64,000 bases of DNA from NCBI GenBank assembly GCA_964035545.1, contig OZ037765.1, forward strand, positions 19,096,995 through 19,160,994. The letters run 5' to 3'. This document shows positions 50,732-64,000 of the stretch, piece by piece (position 1 is the first letter of the stretch; each line of letters starts with the position of its first letter). This stretch comes from Bugula neritina (Eukaryota > Animalia > Bryozoa). The notes under the pieces were generated by a model that made no database searches, had not been told where the DNA came from, and saw nothing but the letters and a program-made list of their open reading frames with translations. The position numbers were made by a program, and so were the translations under genes.

Positions 50732-53700
50732 TCATAACTGATAATCAGTCATTTGATAACTGACTGACTTTTGTATGTTGTAGAACCAATCAGTAGCTCC
50801 TACATTACAATCATCTTTCACCATAGCTTCTACTTTCTGCTTCAGCAGTTTCTTGCTGGTCTACAGAATGTTGAAAGCAGTGTCATAAGACTTTAAAATC
50901 ACAAGCCAATCACGCAAGCAGTTTATACCAACAATAATAATAATGTTAGGTGTCAAATACTCAATAAAAATAACATAAATCATTGTGGTTTAATAGATAT
51001 GTGTTTTTATCACCAAATACTGAATAAAACAGAGTGAATGACATTGAAAAGTGCCTTTTTGTAATAGCCAAAATACCTGTAACTACATAATGTAACTAAA
51101 CAAAATACAGATAAAGCATTGTAGGACAGCTCACATATATAGCTATGATACTACAATATGAGTAATATGATATATAAAATAATTATATATTAATACAATA
51201 CAACAAAAGTTTTTCATGCTCTTGTATAATTTTCAAACATAAATATTCTATATAAATATTTTGAATAGTTTATAATATAATATATATATATGATATAACT
51301 ATTGTATAAGCTACAAAGTACAAAATTTAGGAATATATTACATAAACTTCACTTCAACATATATCACAATTGGGTACTATTATACCCAATTATGACTTAC
51401 TATAATATCACATACGCTGTGACTAACTACATACACATGCGTTATAATGTAGAATGTATATAACATATCATACTCTATTAGGCCTATGCTATGCTGTATT
51501 ACAATATATCATGTAAATTTGTTACACTAAATTACCCTACATTTCATTATTGTAGTGGTTATAAAGTAGAGATAATCAATGCAATGTTTTATTTGCTTTA
51601 TAATTGGTTATTAATTTTTAATAATTTATATTAATCTATACTGGATAAATTATATGTTGTGTGCTTACTTTTCTTCCATTGCCAGTCATTGGAAATAAAT
51701 CAAGATAAAGAATTCTAGCAGCTCTTTGCTCTTCACCCAACTACAAAATTTTTATCCAACTAATTTGTTTGTTACTGACTCATTGATTAGGCAGATGTGT
51801 GTGCGTATATGAAGATTTATTGAATTTAATTAAATACAGTGCATTATAGCTGTCTATATAGTTTCTTTAACTAATGAAAACTTAATTAAAACTATCGAAG
51901 AAAATATCAATTTGAAAATGTATAATGTAATTGGTAAAACCTTAATAAGACATTTATAGAGAATGGCATTACAATTGTTTTAAAGTTTCATCTTTTATAA
52001 TATGATTATATATGGTTTTTGAAGGCCAGTAAAATGTCTGTAGGGATTTACTTTACCAAACAAACAAAATATTGCAAATACTTTGTTTTTTAAATTACAT
52101 TCTATTGTGGATTGCAGTAAAAAGAATAAAAAGAAAAAAATGGTGATTATCTGAAGACAGAAGAACTGTAATTGTAATTGTAGTTGTATGAGTATACTCA
52201 TAATTTTTAGAATTCTGACTCTTTAATATAACTACAAGTTTTACTGTAACTTTTAGTTAAAACATTTATATCAATTTACTTTAATTTTAAATATTGTTAT
52301 AAAAGAAATATGAATATTTATCAACATTCTTAATAAACTTTGCACCACAATTTAACATACATATATAGCAGTACATTTATATTTACCCCATTTTCACAAC
52401 AAAACGCCATAAGATCTTTTTCTTTAGGCTTATTTGCACCATCATGCAATCTGAAATATGTATAATATTTATAGCATTTGAATATAAGCTCCAAGATTAT
52501 AATCTTTCAAAATAAATGCACATGTTTTGCAAATGGTAAAGCTACGCTTTTGAGGAGAAAATTTAGTTTGAAGGAATAGTTGAAAAAGTTGAAAAAGCCC
52601 TTCATTTTAAAATTTTTCTACTTCATATTATTATACACCGGTATATTACAATAATATTTTGTAATTGAAATTGTGTATTGCTACTTATACCAATGTGTAC
52701 ATGCATGTATATATAATATTGAGTTACTGAATTTTCAAAGGGGTTGGTTTGTGGAAATGATTTCTGGTATGCTTTATATTGTAATTATAATAATATAGCT
52801 TTAGATATAAATATCTATGCCATTAGCCAGAATGCATATAGACTCTTCGCTATGATAACAAAATCCCATAGGTTATTTGATTATTTCACATTCTTCATAA
52901 AAGTTTTTTCAAATATGATATCCACGACTTTGTTTGCAATAACATATAACACAATATATTATTTGGTTTGAGAATTATAAAACGATATATTGGATTACGC
53001 ATTTATTCTAGAGCAAACCAGCACTCTATTATTTAAATATATTATTAAAAAATCATTGAAAGTGATTAATGGTTTCTATTTTCACTTTTAATGAAAACTC
53101 AGTTAATGAGTTTATTCGTCAAATTGCATGCAATTTTTATAATGTACAATAGACCAATAATTCATATTTGGTTTAGACTCACATGATGCAGTAAGTAATC
53201 TCATCTCCTATGATGTCATTACTCGCACCACCCACAACCTGCAAAGACTAAGAATATAGATTACACATTTCAAATGAGTTCACAATGATTTATCAAGTAA
53301 TTAAGCATTAATTTATTAAAAATTAAAAAATTGCAAATTTTTATTGCAAATAGTTAGATATAATAAATGTTTTTTTCATATATTTCCCTCATACATGCCT
53401 TATACTCATAGTTCCAGTGAAACTTTTATGGCAGCAATTTTTAGATTTATAGCTATTTTAAATCATTTCTACTACGTTACATTTCTTTCATGAAAACATT
53501 AACTAGCCAGAATTCACTATATGTTATCACCAATAGGTCTGCTATGCATGGAGTGTTTAATCTTACTAGCTTAATGAAGGTTTCTTGAAAAATGAGCTTT
53601 ACTCCCAACAACTACATACATAGACCATGGTTAAATCGAAAACAGTTATTGCTCAACAAAAGTCTTAAAGTGAAAGTTCTTTTAAAGTTCAAATTTTTAA

Positions 53701-56700
53701 AATCTAGATATTTTTGACAGTGAATATATTTCACTAAATTTCTTTTAGCTTTTTATTATACTATTTTCTCCCTTGCTGCTTGGATAATAAGTTACTCCAA
53801 CAGCAGAATTTAGCTTGATGCATGCGAATTTTGATTTAGCACAACTAAAATTTTGATGTGCGATTATTTTGTAAAATGGGAACTCTAGCCAAAAAAATAA
53901 TTAAAAGATAACAGCTATAACCAAAGTAAATTGACAAACCCAAAATTTATTCTGACATATGTAATACTTGCAGACACATTCTTGATCCCTGGATACGTGG
54001 AGACAACCTCTTCTATTGGTCCAGGATACACAACATCTCCAAATATCTTAAATCTCATAGCATCAGCAACTCTCCCTTTTATTATAAAAGTACCATCTGG
54101 ATACATCATTCCCATATCTCTAAAATAGAACTCTATTCTATCCAACAGCTAGTGTCAGCAAATTTTAGGCTGTTTAATGTTTTTGAAAAAAAGTTAAATA
54201 GTTACGGAGTCATATTTTTTATAATCAACTCAAAAATGTAGAATAAGAGCAAAGTCTTCATGACTATTTTTAATGTCTAAACTCTAAATTTAGCGCATTT
54301 TTGAGTCATGCAACTTTATCATTATTATTATATTTCAAAGTTACCATTAATTTAATTAGTTTATGAAACAAAATACCTTGAGTATTTTAATAAACTTGAT
54401 TTTTGTTGTTAGGTTTATAAAAAGCACATAAACTGCTAAAAGAACTTAAAATCTTTAGCATTCGGCTGAAAGTAATAATTTATATTTTTTTGTACTTGAA
54501 ACTTTCAAAATAGTAACACATTATATATATATAATATTATACTGTACAGATTTATTCCAATAATTTAAATATCAAACTCATACTAACCCAGTTTTGAAAA
54601 AGCCATCTTTTGTAAAAGCAGATTCTGTTCTATCTGGGTCTCCGCGATAGTTCTTAAAGACGTTAAATGTTTTGAGTTGTATTTCACCATCTTCACCAAG
54701 ATCTACCACCACATCATTTTCATCTACTAGCCTCACCTGTTAAATTAAGCTACAATCATTATATTATTTACACATGCATGATTATTTCTGTAAACAATTA
54801 TATTTTTATTCAAAGATTAGTATATAATTATATATTTAAAATTATGAGCTCAACACCTGTGGAAGCAAATATTTTTATCTTAAGGAAAAATTTTAATGGA
54901 CCAAATTTCACCACATTCGAATAACTTTTTTTGTCTTTTAGAGCATACTTAAACTGAAGCAGAAAAGCAGATCGATCTATAAAGTGAAATATTGACAAGC
55001 ATTAAGTTGCAATTGAAAGAAACAAAATTTAAATATTAAATTCTAATATTTATAAAAATTATGGAGTTGCACTATTTATCCAAGTTTAAGCATTGCATTT
55101 ATGCAGGTGAGCTTGTGATAAATTAGGTTATAATTTAGCCATATGATGGTACATCAGTTGGTGCTATCTTATAACTGTGAATTTAAATTTTGGTGTACTT
55201 CACTTTCTATTTTGTTCTTACAGGCTCTATTCTGAATTTATGCTCTTTAGCTCCGATGTGCAGTCTTTTATTAGCAGTATTATCATTAGCAGTAGTAGCA
55301 ACAGCAGCAGCTCTAAAAGTGTAATAAGAAAACATGGCTTGACACAAACCTCCAAGTTTGGTAAAGGATACATTCTAGCATCAAGCATCTGTTCCATGTC
55401 AGATGGCAGAGTGCCAAGTGGAGTCCCAGCAACCACCATGACTTCAGATAAACCATATTCAGTCTAAAGTATAGAAATTCTTTTCTATTCCATTACATAG
55501 TTGTCATATAAAATTGACCCATATATGAAACTTTAATATACATTGACAATAATAGTTATTAGAATATTCCATGACATGGTGAAAAATAACGTTATATATA
55601 CCAACTAACAAATGGTATCCCTGAGAATGTCTTTATTATGTACTCTTTAAACCTCCTTGAGATAATCTGGCCGCTACATAGTACAAGCTTCAGAGGTGGT
55701 GCTTTCGCATGTTTTCTTTCAAATGAAGAAGCTATTAGCTGTGTTATACCAGACGGCAAAATAAAATGCTCGATTCTGCAATAATCACGTACTATTTAAA
55801 ACAAAATTCCTATAAAAAAATGAAATTTAATAATTGTATAGACCATGATTATAAAAATTGTAGTTGTATGTTATTTATTTTTAACTTTAACTATTGCCTT
55901 AATATTTTTACACTAAACTGTTGCAATCATTTAGTTATCACGTTATATCCAAAACATCATTATCTCAGTATATAAGTAAGCCAGCTTGATAAAAGTAGCC
56001 AAAAGCAAATTATTTGTATTTTTACTATATCCCTCAAAAATTTTCTGCATTGGTGCATTACATGCTTTTAAGGTAATGATTTTTTTACATTTCATAAAAG
56101 TATTTAAGATTCTAATATCTAATGAAAATGGATATATATAAATGTACTATAGAAATGATTGCAGGAGCAGAAACTCTAAAAGCTACTACAAGAACATAAT
56201 GCATCAGATAAAAAATGTTATGTTCTTCTACAATAAAATACATGCAACATTTTTAAATTTATAGTATAGACTATAGTAGAATGTAAAGAATCTTGAGTTT
56301 TTTAACTTTAGTGCCTTTATCTATGCTTGATAATACAATAGCATACAGCAGTAAACTAAGAAAAATTAATAATGAAATGAAATTAATAATGAAATATAAA
56401 ACTGCCTAATAAGTTCAGTGTTATTCTTTGCTGACTCACCCTTCAGAGTGAAGGCATTCTGAGCAACGGTCACCAAACTCATCTGCACCTGCCTCTTCAA
56501 AAGGCTCTGGTGAAAAGACCACTCTTTCGTATTTTCCAGCCAGTAGCATAGCAACTGAAGAGTAGCCAATCAAATCATCAAAGCTGTAATTTAGGGCAAA
56601 CACTGCCTGAAAACAAAAGACATTAAACACATATGTATTTTTTGGTAGCTGTAGGTCAGTATTTGAATTTTTGATAATAAATTGAGTTAGAAAAAACACT

Positions 56701-59700
56701 ATGTGGATATTATCTATCAAACAAAAGCTGTAAAATGATTATAAGTTCAATTTTTAAAATTCAATTCAATTACCAAAACAACTTATTAGTCTAGAAGTAA
56801 CCTCCCAAAAAGTGCTCAAAAAATTGGCTTATTACACTTTACTAGGTGGCCACTCAAAAAAAGTTGTTTCTGGATCAGAATTTTGTGCTGATTCTGAATC
56901 TACAAACTCTAGAATTCTATCTCTACCCAAACTCAAGTTATTGCAAAAAAACAGATCAACATCTTGAATGGGTGATAAAAAGAAATGTGGATTGTGCAAA
57001 ATAGTATCCAATTTTAACAAGCTATCTTGAAAAAAAAATATTTGCTGAAATACCAAAAATAATTGCCTCTTACTTAGAATTATATGCTGATACTGAATTT
57101 AAAGACTGCAAGACGCTATCTATGAATCGCCATATTGCATATGCAGCATAAGCATGCAGAATAATTGTATGACCAAACTATTTATACAAAAATAAAAACA
57201 AAGTCATGCTGATGTGCAAAAAAACTATATTTATAAAATTATAGCTCAAAATAAATCTTGAAATGAATAAATATTGAAATCTTTTGAGCACAGCCCAAGT
57301 GAATCATTTGCTAGTCTGTCAGTAGCCGTTAGACATCTGTAAAAATCAACAAGCTTCTGTAAAATTATTTAGAGAAACAGAAGCATGAGAGATGATCAAA
57401 ATCAAATTGTTTGCAGTAAAATATATGACAAATGCCTAAAAATAGTGCTTTATTATGAAAAAGTATTCTCGCCATCATTGTCACTGCCGTCAGTCTCATC
57501 AGCTTCTTCCCCAATATAGAGCTTCTTTTCAGACAATCCTTACATTGACAAACATCAGTGCATGCACTGCATTTGAGACTTCTGACATCCACATCTTGAT
57601 ATGTTGCAGCTAGTCTTACAGGAGCAGTTTAAACTTTGCAATATACATGTTCAGGTGCGGAAGTTTGAATCATCCACTTTATATTTATGCTGCCATGATT
57701 CTCAACAATCCTTTCATAATGTTCTGGGGGTGGTGCATCAATATAGGCTGTTGTCACCTTTCGCCAAATGGCTGCCTGATAATCTGCTCTTTTTAAGCGC
57801 AAATTTAAATCATCTTTTCTTGGAGGCAAACAGTATTGAGTTATTTTAGACGGTGAACAAAATACAGTGTATATCGGGCATCATCTATATTTGAATTTCC
57901 TGCTCCATAAAGTTTATAGACAAGTTGTTCTACTTCAGCCGCTGTAATGGCTTACAGCTTGAAATACTTCCCGAGGTGTTCAAAGCTTCTCATACATTCG
58001 GAACATTTTCTCAAGAGAGAGTAGGCTGCGCGCTATCCTTTTCCATAAAAAGCACTATATAGTCGAATCACAACTTGTTAAAGCATGAAATCTAGTAAGT
58101 GTTGCACACAATCGCCGTCCGGATTTATTTGCTGCAATGTTGATTATATATTCAAATACCTAATATGATTATGGTTTCCTCCCAGATAGACGCTATTTTT
58201 ATTTTGTTACCATATGTATTGATTGCTAAATAGCTAATATGCTAATAGCTATAGTAGCTAACATGAATTATCTAGAATAATATTCTATTATTTTCACAAA
58301 TTTGTGTGGGACAAAAAGTAGTAATGCATTAATAATAGACACTATCTTTAAGTGATACTTCTTAACAAAATATCTTTTCAAACAACAGGCAAGATGTATA
58401 AAATATACAAAATTAATAAGTTAATGCGGATCAAAGGAATTTATTTATGTGCTAAATAACAAGCAATTGATCCAAGTTTATTTAATTATACAAATATTTA
58501 AATAATATTAAAATAAGTTGCACATGAAAATACATTTTACCAAAATAAATAACTAGCGTCTAAGTAGGAAATTTAGCCTAGCCTCTATCTGGCATGACAC
58601 CATGATTACCATACCTGTGAAAAAATATAATTGGTAAGAAGGTAATGTTTTGCAAATAGCGAGACTTAGGATGAAAACATCAGTGTCTTGAGATTTGATT
58701 ATTACACGTGGGCTTATGGTGTTCATAAGATATTTTGCACTTAACAAAGTTTGTGTACCTGCTTCCTCATGATCTAATTGTAAACATTTGAGTTCTGCTT
58801 TTTTAAAAATTCCACCATGTTCAAAACATTCTAGCTGAATGCAATTTTATTTGGTATGCAACAACTATAATAATAAGATTGTTCTCTCAAATATTTATAC
58901 TCCATGTTTAACACAAAAATGCACCAGTCTCAAACTCAGCTTGTTTTATTTGCTGATGAGAAATTATTATTTTTGTGACAAATGGCACACATAAGAAAAG
59001 TACATGCCTATGATCTTTAAATAAGGCAGTTCAAGATCATTTTTCTTATGGATGGCTTAAATATAACCATATATATTTTAAATTATAGGGAAGTTTTAGG
59101 ATATTTCTTCTGTAACTATAACTGAGCTAAATTGACTCTAGAGTCATTATACCAAGATAGTCTAAAAATATGCATTTTAACCAATATCATTGTTTTAAAA
59201 ACCAAATTGCTTATTTATATATAGTTCAGCTCAAATTTATTGGCAAAGCTCAATCATACACATTTAAAACATTATTTTCCGGAGTCCAGACCAACCTGCC
59301 CATGCTTCTCATAACTTTTTTGTAAAAATAGTTATTATAATAAAAATCGTGAAGAAAATCATTATCAGACACAGATTTACTTATAATTCGGCTTTTTTAT
59401 AGCTGATCAATAATAATGTTTGCCTTATAACTAGAAAACCCATTCCTTTGCTTGTTTTCGTCGATATAGTCCACTTTTTTTCAGATGTTTTCACAAGAAA
59501 ATCACTAAAATTAAACTCAGAGAAGTGAAAAACACATCTATGTTTATCTGCAAAAGTTTTTGCTTGTATATATAATAAACTAGCTTCAATAATTTCAAGA
59601 TAATATTTAATGAATTTGGCCAAAGTTGTGGGGAAACAACTCCTGTAAAATTTTAAAGAGCTTTTGTGACTAACTGGGTGGACAGAAAAAATTAGAGTTT

Positions 59701-62700
59701 TTATAACAGAAAAGTGAACAGAGTATCTATAATTATCAGCAAAATTATTTTGCTTATATAAAATAAATTAGCTTGAATAATTCCAAGATATTTAGCCAAC
59801 TCACAAAAACGTTAAGAAAAGACAACTCCTGATTCATTTTTAAAGTTTGAAGCGCTTTTGTGGCTAACTGGGTGCACAGAACAGTCTAGAGTTTTCACAG
59901 ATTAATTAGGATCCTTCAAACTCCCCATTTCTAAAAAAGTTGTGTGGCCACCCCTCGGAGTGTAATGAGTGAAAGATAATTGGAGGTTACTTCTAGACTA
60001 TATAGTTGTATAATTTTGTGTAAATATAAGCAAAAACATTAATTGATTTGAACAATGCATAAAAGCCTTTAAAAAAGTTGTGGAGAATAAAATTGTAAAC
60101 AGGTTAACGCTACTCTTGAATTTTGTTTCACCATGCTTTACAAATATTTGAACTACTGGTATTGATGAACTTACTCCTAGGTTAGAGTTCACCAAGCATA
60201 AGGCATTAGCCATGCCCTTGTGTGGATGTGCAATGCACTTTGGTTTACCAGTACTACCCTGTAACAATAAAGCACAAAGCAACCTGATTATGAGTTATAG
60301 CTAGAAATTTGAATTTTCAGCACTTTTCCTTTTGAAAAAAAATTGTATCTGAGGGTTATTTATTTTTCGAAATCATTTAATCATCACGTCATTTTTAAAA
60401 TATTAGTGGATTTTAAAAGAAATAAATACATAGCTATCAGCTCTAAACTAAAATCCAGCTGCTGAGTAATTATAAAAGCAAAAGAATTAATGCACATGGC
60501 TTATATAATTGTTTAATAAAATTACCAAAATTATGTAACTATTTATAGCAAGTATATCGCATCTTATGAGCTTGGTTTAGAGAAGAAATAAATTTGCCTC
60601 AAGTAGAAAACTGCAAAAAATCTTTACTATAAGCTTGGAAGTTTAAAATTTAAACTTCCCAAATCAATTTAGTACAAATGCACTCAAAATTAATTATAAA
60701 ACAAAACTGTTTAGGCATACAACCTAAAAACAGTATCTAAAGATAAAAGCTAATATATACACTGCTATAAAAACATTATATTAATACTGCGTAGTTAGAA
60801 TGTCAGGGATTCTTCAAACAACTACTCCCCAAATTTTTATAATGTGAAAAATTAACTTGAAGTTGAAATTATTTTTTTTACAATGAGCTCTAGGAAATAT
60901 TTACTATTTACTATTGCATAATTATAAGTTCAATGGCCAAAACTCTAAGCACTTTTGAGCTGGTAGATTTTTCAATCAAATACAAACCGATGAAAAAATA
61001 TGATACAAAACATCTTCTGATTTCACACTTTTTCTAGCTTCTTGTAGTTGTTGATCAGATATTGACTCTCCATATTGTCTGAGTTTATCCAAGTTGTTTA
61101 TAAACTTCTGAGTTGGAGATCTGTCTTTGTATGAGTTGTCATAGAATATGTGTTTCACATCAGGTAGCCTTGAAAAAATGACTAAACTCTGTGATTATTT
61201 ATAGAAACACGATGTATAGTTAACAGAAAACAGAAACTATTCCATCTCTGTTGAATATTATACAAAATATATTTTCATAAAAAACAAACATAAAATTGTT
61301 TCACAATAAAGGCTTAAACATCATGATTTTTGCAGTGTTGAGTTAACCCAGCAGCTCTGTGGTGTAATAGTTCAGCGCATTTGCTTGCAGGCCAAAGGTC
61401 TGTGGTTCGAATCTTGGTGGGGGCAATTATTTTTCAAATTTAAGGAATTTTGTTTGCACAAGTAAGCATGAAACTGCTAAATGAGGCTAAAAAATATAAA
61501 GAACTCTGTAGTTATTATGATGTGCCTATAATAAGTTTTAATAAAGATTTTCAACTTATATATGTAGTATAAAACTAAATAAATTCCTTTAGCTACAACA
61601 TTTATCAAAATCAAGCTTGAAAGCAAAACTGTTTTATTTTACAATAAAATATACAGTAAGTTCAAGTTTTAGGTCATTATAAGTGTATGCAAAAATGTTT
61701 CTTTTTAAAAAAGATTCGATACACTATCTTTATATGCAAGTTAGTTTAAGCAAGCGTACAAGATTAAATTGCTAAGAAATACGTTGTGCATGTATTACTT
61801 ATGATTTTACTACAATGTTATATATATTATATTGCCACTTATGTGAGCACTATAATAAACTTTTGCTGCTAAGCAACTATTTATTTTATAAATTGAATTT
61901 GAGTAAAAGTTTATAATAACTTTTAAGTAAAGTTCACTGTAATTAGCCTAATATGTCGGCTATCAATTGCATAGATCTGAGCAAATAAGTGCTATACATA
62001 CTTAGATGAAGCAGGAAAATCTTGGCTATTACTAAATATGCTTGACAAAGCAGTGAATATAGAGCCAGCACTTCCTTCGCCAACAATTATAACTTTCGAA
62101 TTCAGTACTGGAAGAACTTTCATGATTGCAGAATCAGCTGGATGGTACAGATAAGGATGCTGAAAATAAAACCATATAAGAAGAACTGTTAATTTGCTAT
62201 TTCTTGTAACAAAATTAAACAAAACTAGTTGGACATTTCAAAATTTGCCCTGTGTCAATGAATGTTATATATAATGGAGAAATAAGTTGAAGAGTATCAA
62301 TACATTTTAGACAGTGGGGGATTTAGCAATGGTGGTTATGCAATTTTCTAGCCGTATTTTTATTTTGTACAGATAAAATGATTGGGTCATATTCTGATTA
62401 TGTATGATATTTATAATTTATCAATTTTGTCAGTTTGCATAAAATAAACATAAAAGTAATGAGATTGCATTAAAATTGTATATACCATTAAAATCAATAT
62501 TTTAAATATTCCTATAAATACAAGATCTGCCAAATAAATCAGACTATACAAATTTTGCAATCTAACTTTTTATAATATATATGGATACAGCCATGTATAA
62601 ATATATTTGAATATTCAATGAAGCAGAAAGTTTGGTTGACATATTTCATGCACAAAAATTGTTTTGTCAAAGTATTTTTAATCTATTTTGCTAAAAGATT

Positions 62701-63278
62701 GCAAAAATGATTTGTTGAGCAGCAAAGTTCTATGTTCTATAACTCATGATAATGTAACTTATGATTTAAGTTTTAATATGACTTAGAATTTTAACTTCTG
62801 TAAAAAAGGTTTAGTTTCAACTGCTAGCCTAAACCTTAGTGCTTTAGTGCACAGCATATTGATATTAAATGAGATATGAAATAGATTGTTTGTCAGACTC
62901 CATACCACTAATTTAAGCTCTATTAATTATAGTTGCATGGTTTAGTCAATAATATTTGGACTGAGTTTGCTACTAACTAGTAAAGAGCTTGACATGCATT
63001 ACAACACACATTTAATTAACTAACAATACAATACAACAACTCAAAAGGAATAAAAAAGAAATTAATAGTTGTTTAAAAACAATAGCCATTATCTGCTAGT
63101 AGCATCTAAATAAATTTAGTAAATGACATTTAGGCCAACTTACTGCATACCCAATACCAACAGACACCGCAGCTGTAAACAGACAAGCAGCTTCTAGAGT
63201 TGGAACTCCAACTACTGTGAGAATATCTTCTCCAGGAATAAGTCCTAAGGCTAACAAACCTTTAGCATACTCATCAGC
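50732..63278 (-). CDS. ANL-superfamily AMP-binding enzyme, paralogue 3; coding exon 1 lies beyond the window end
   Basis: Exons 2-14: 63278-63144, 62159-62002, 61168-60988, 60258-60175, 56606-56440, 55775-55610, 55463-55350, 54736-54588, 54119-53972 (GC donor), 53238-53183, 52450-52387, 51740-51669, 50860-50732. Sizes are identical to paralogue 2 except the last exon. No stops seen. Confidence 0.92.
56787..60000 (-). mobile_element. Decayed, internally deleted Academ (AcademX-type) DNA transposon in intron 5 of paralogue 3
   Basis: Perfect 19-bp TIR TAGTCTAGAAGTAACCTCC (56787-56805 / 59982-60000), TAG...CTA termini and 3-bp TSD TAT. Frameshifted XPG/PIN-like motifs HEEAGT, SQDTDVFIL, FHALTSCDST..SAFYGKG, PPRKDDL..RADYQAAIW, and a Cys-rich CSCKTSC...CTDVCQCKDC C-terminus. 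Confidence 0.85.
57520..58790 (-). pseudogene. Remnant of the Academ XPG-like nuclease plus Cys8/CXC zinc-finger coding region
   Basis: Fragments in ORFs 58553-58747, 57629-57829 and 57365-57592, plus a motif at ~58030-58110. Multiple stops and frameshifts. Confidence 0.8.
61354..61425 (+). repeat. tRNA-derived repeat / tRNA pseudogene, second copy
   Basis: GCTCTGTGGTGTAATAGTTCAGCGCATTTGCTTGCAGGCCAAAGGTCTGTGGTTCGAATCTTGGTGGGGGCA followed by ATTATTTTT. Homologous to 29851-29922. Part of a ~105-bp insertion absent from the same intron position of paralogue 2 (~28700). Confidence 0.75.
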
Positions 63279-64000
63279 CTGAAATATTCAGATTGAATAA
63301 TTTGAAAAGCTTTATTTATTGCTATATCACAATAATTATATGTGTCTAGTCAGAAAGGAATGTTACTGTTTAAATCAAGCTACTCTCTATAAAATTGAAA
63401 AGATATATAAATCATATTCTTTAATATTTGCATGTGCAGCTAAATGAAAAATAGATGGCTGAAGTAAAACTAAGTAACTTTTGCTAACTTGAAATACAGA
63501 TAAAATATAAAAAGTTATGCTTTTGATGTTAATATATATTATGTCTAACTTCAAACAAACAAGCATTTTACCAGTAAAATATTGATTGAGATATTATAGC
63601 TTGCCTCTTCTTTGAGGTAGGTGCAGTAAGTGAGAAGTTGAGAAAAGCCTGTGTTCTAGATTACAAAATGTAGCAAAAGAAATTATGTTCCCAAAAGAAT
63701 TTCAAAAGGTGCCCCAAACCAGAATTTACAAAGAAATTTAAAGAACTTAGACTATCTCAGTTTCTCAACTATTGCTTTTTGATTAGAGCTACTAAATTTA
63801 TTACCAAAACGAACTGAACAAAAACTTTCACCGTGGAGTACTAAAGCACAAAAACCAATGATTCAAAAAATATGAGCAAGGTTGCAGCTCACTGCTTTCA
63901 ATTTTTGAAGTTAAAAAGCTATCAGCAAGCCATGACTAGTAACCAACAATGATTAGACAGCATCACGTGATCAATCAAAATAAAATGGAATAATATAGTA

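Noticed and set aside
58952-58975. Additional CTGATGA hammerhead core
   Set aside because: No stem II/GAAA/stem III arrangement follows.
175-63278. Calling the ANL genes firefly-type luciferases or assigning the symbol ACSF2
   Set aside because: Only superfamily motifs are visible. Pocket residues differ, and orthology cannot be established without a phylogeny.

Overview
AT-rich eukaryotic (invertebrate-like metazoan) genomic DNA; the species cannot be named from sequence alone. The window holds a tandem array of three intron-rich, minus-strand paralogues of the ANL adenylate-forming superfamily (acyl-CoA synthetase / NRPS adenylation domain / luciferase). Copy 1 (175-4774) runs off the left edge. 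Copy 2 (20413-33582) is complete with 14 coding exons and 589 aa. Copy 3 (50732-63278) lacks exon 1, which lies beyond the right edge. A probable two-exon orphan gene lies on the plus strand (13240-16897). Mobile DNA includes a young, nearly intact Copia element, a Gypsy fragment followed by a spliced zinc-finger ORF, a decayed AcademX transposon, several TIR/foldback elements, solo LTRs and two tRNA-derived repeats. The most unusual signals are: (i) a type I hammerhead ribozyme in a (TA)n-bounded cassette nested in a MITE; (ii) NRPS-like active-site residues in the stand-alone ANL paralogues; (iii) the intron-containing C2H2 zinc-finger gene behind the Gypsy integrase. All exon boundaries and alignments were read by eye and need computational confirmation.
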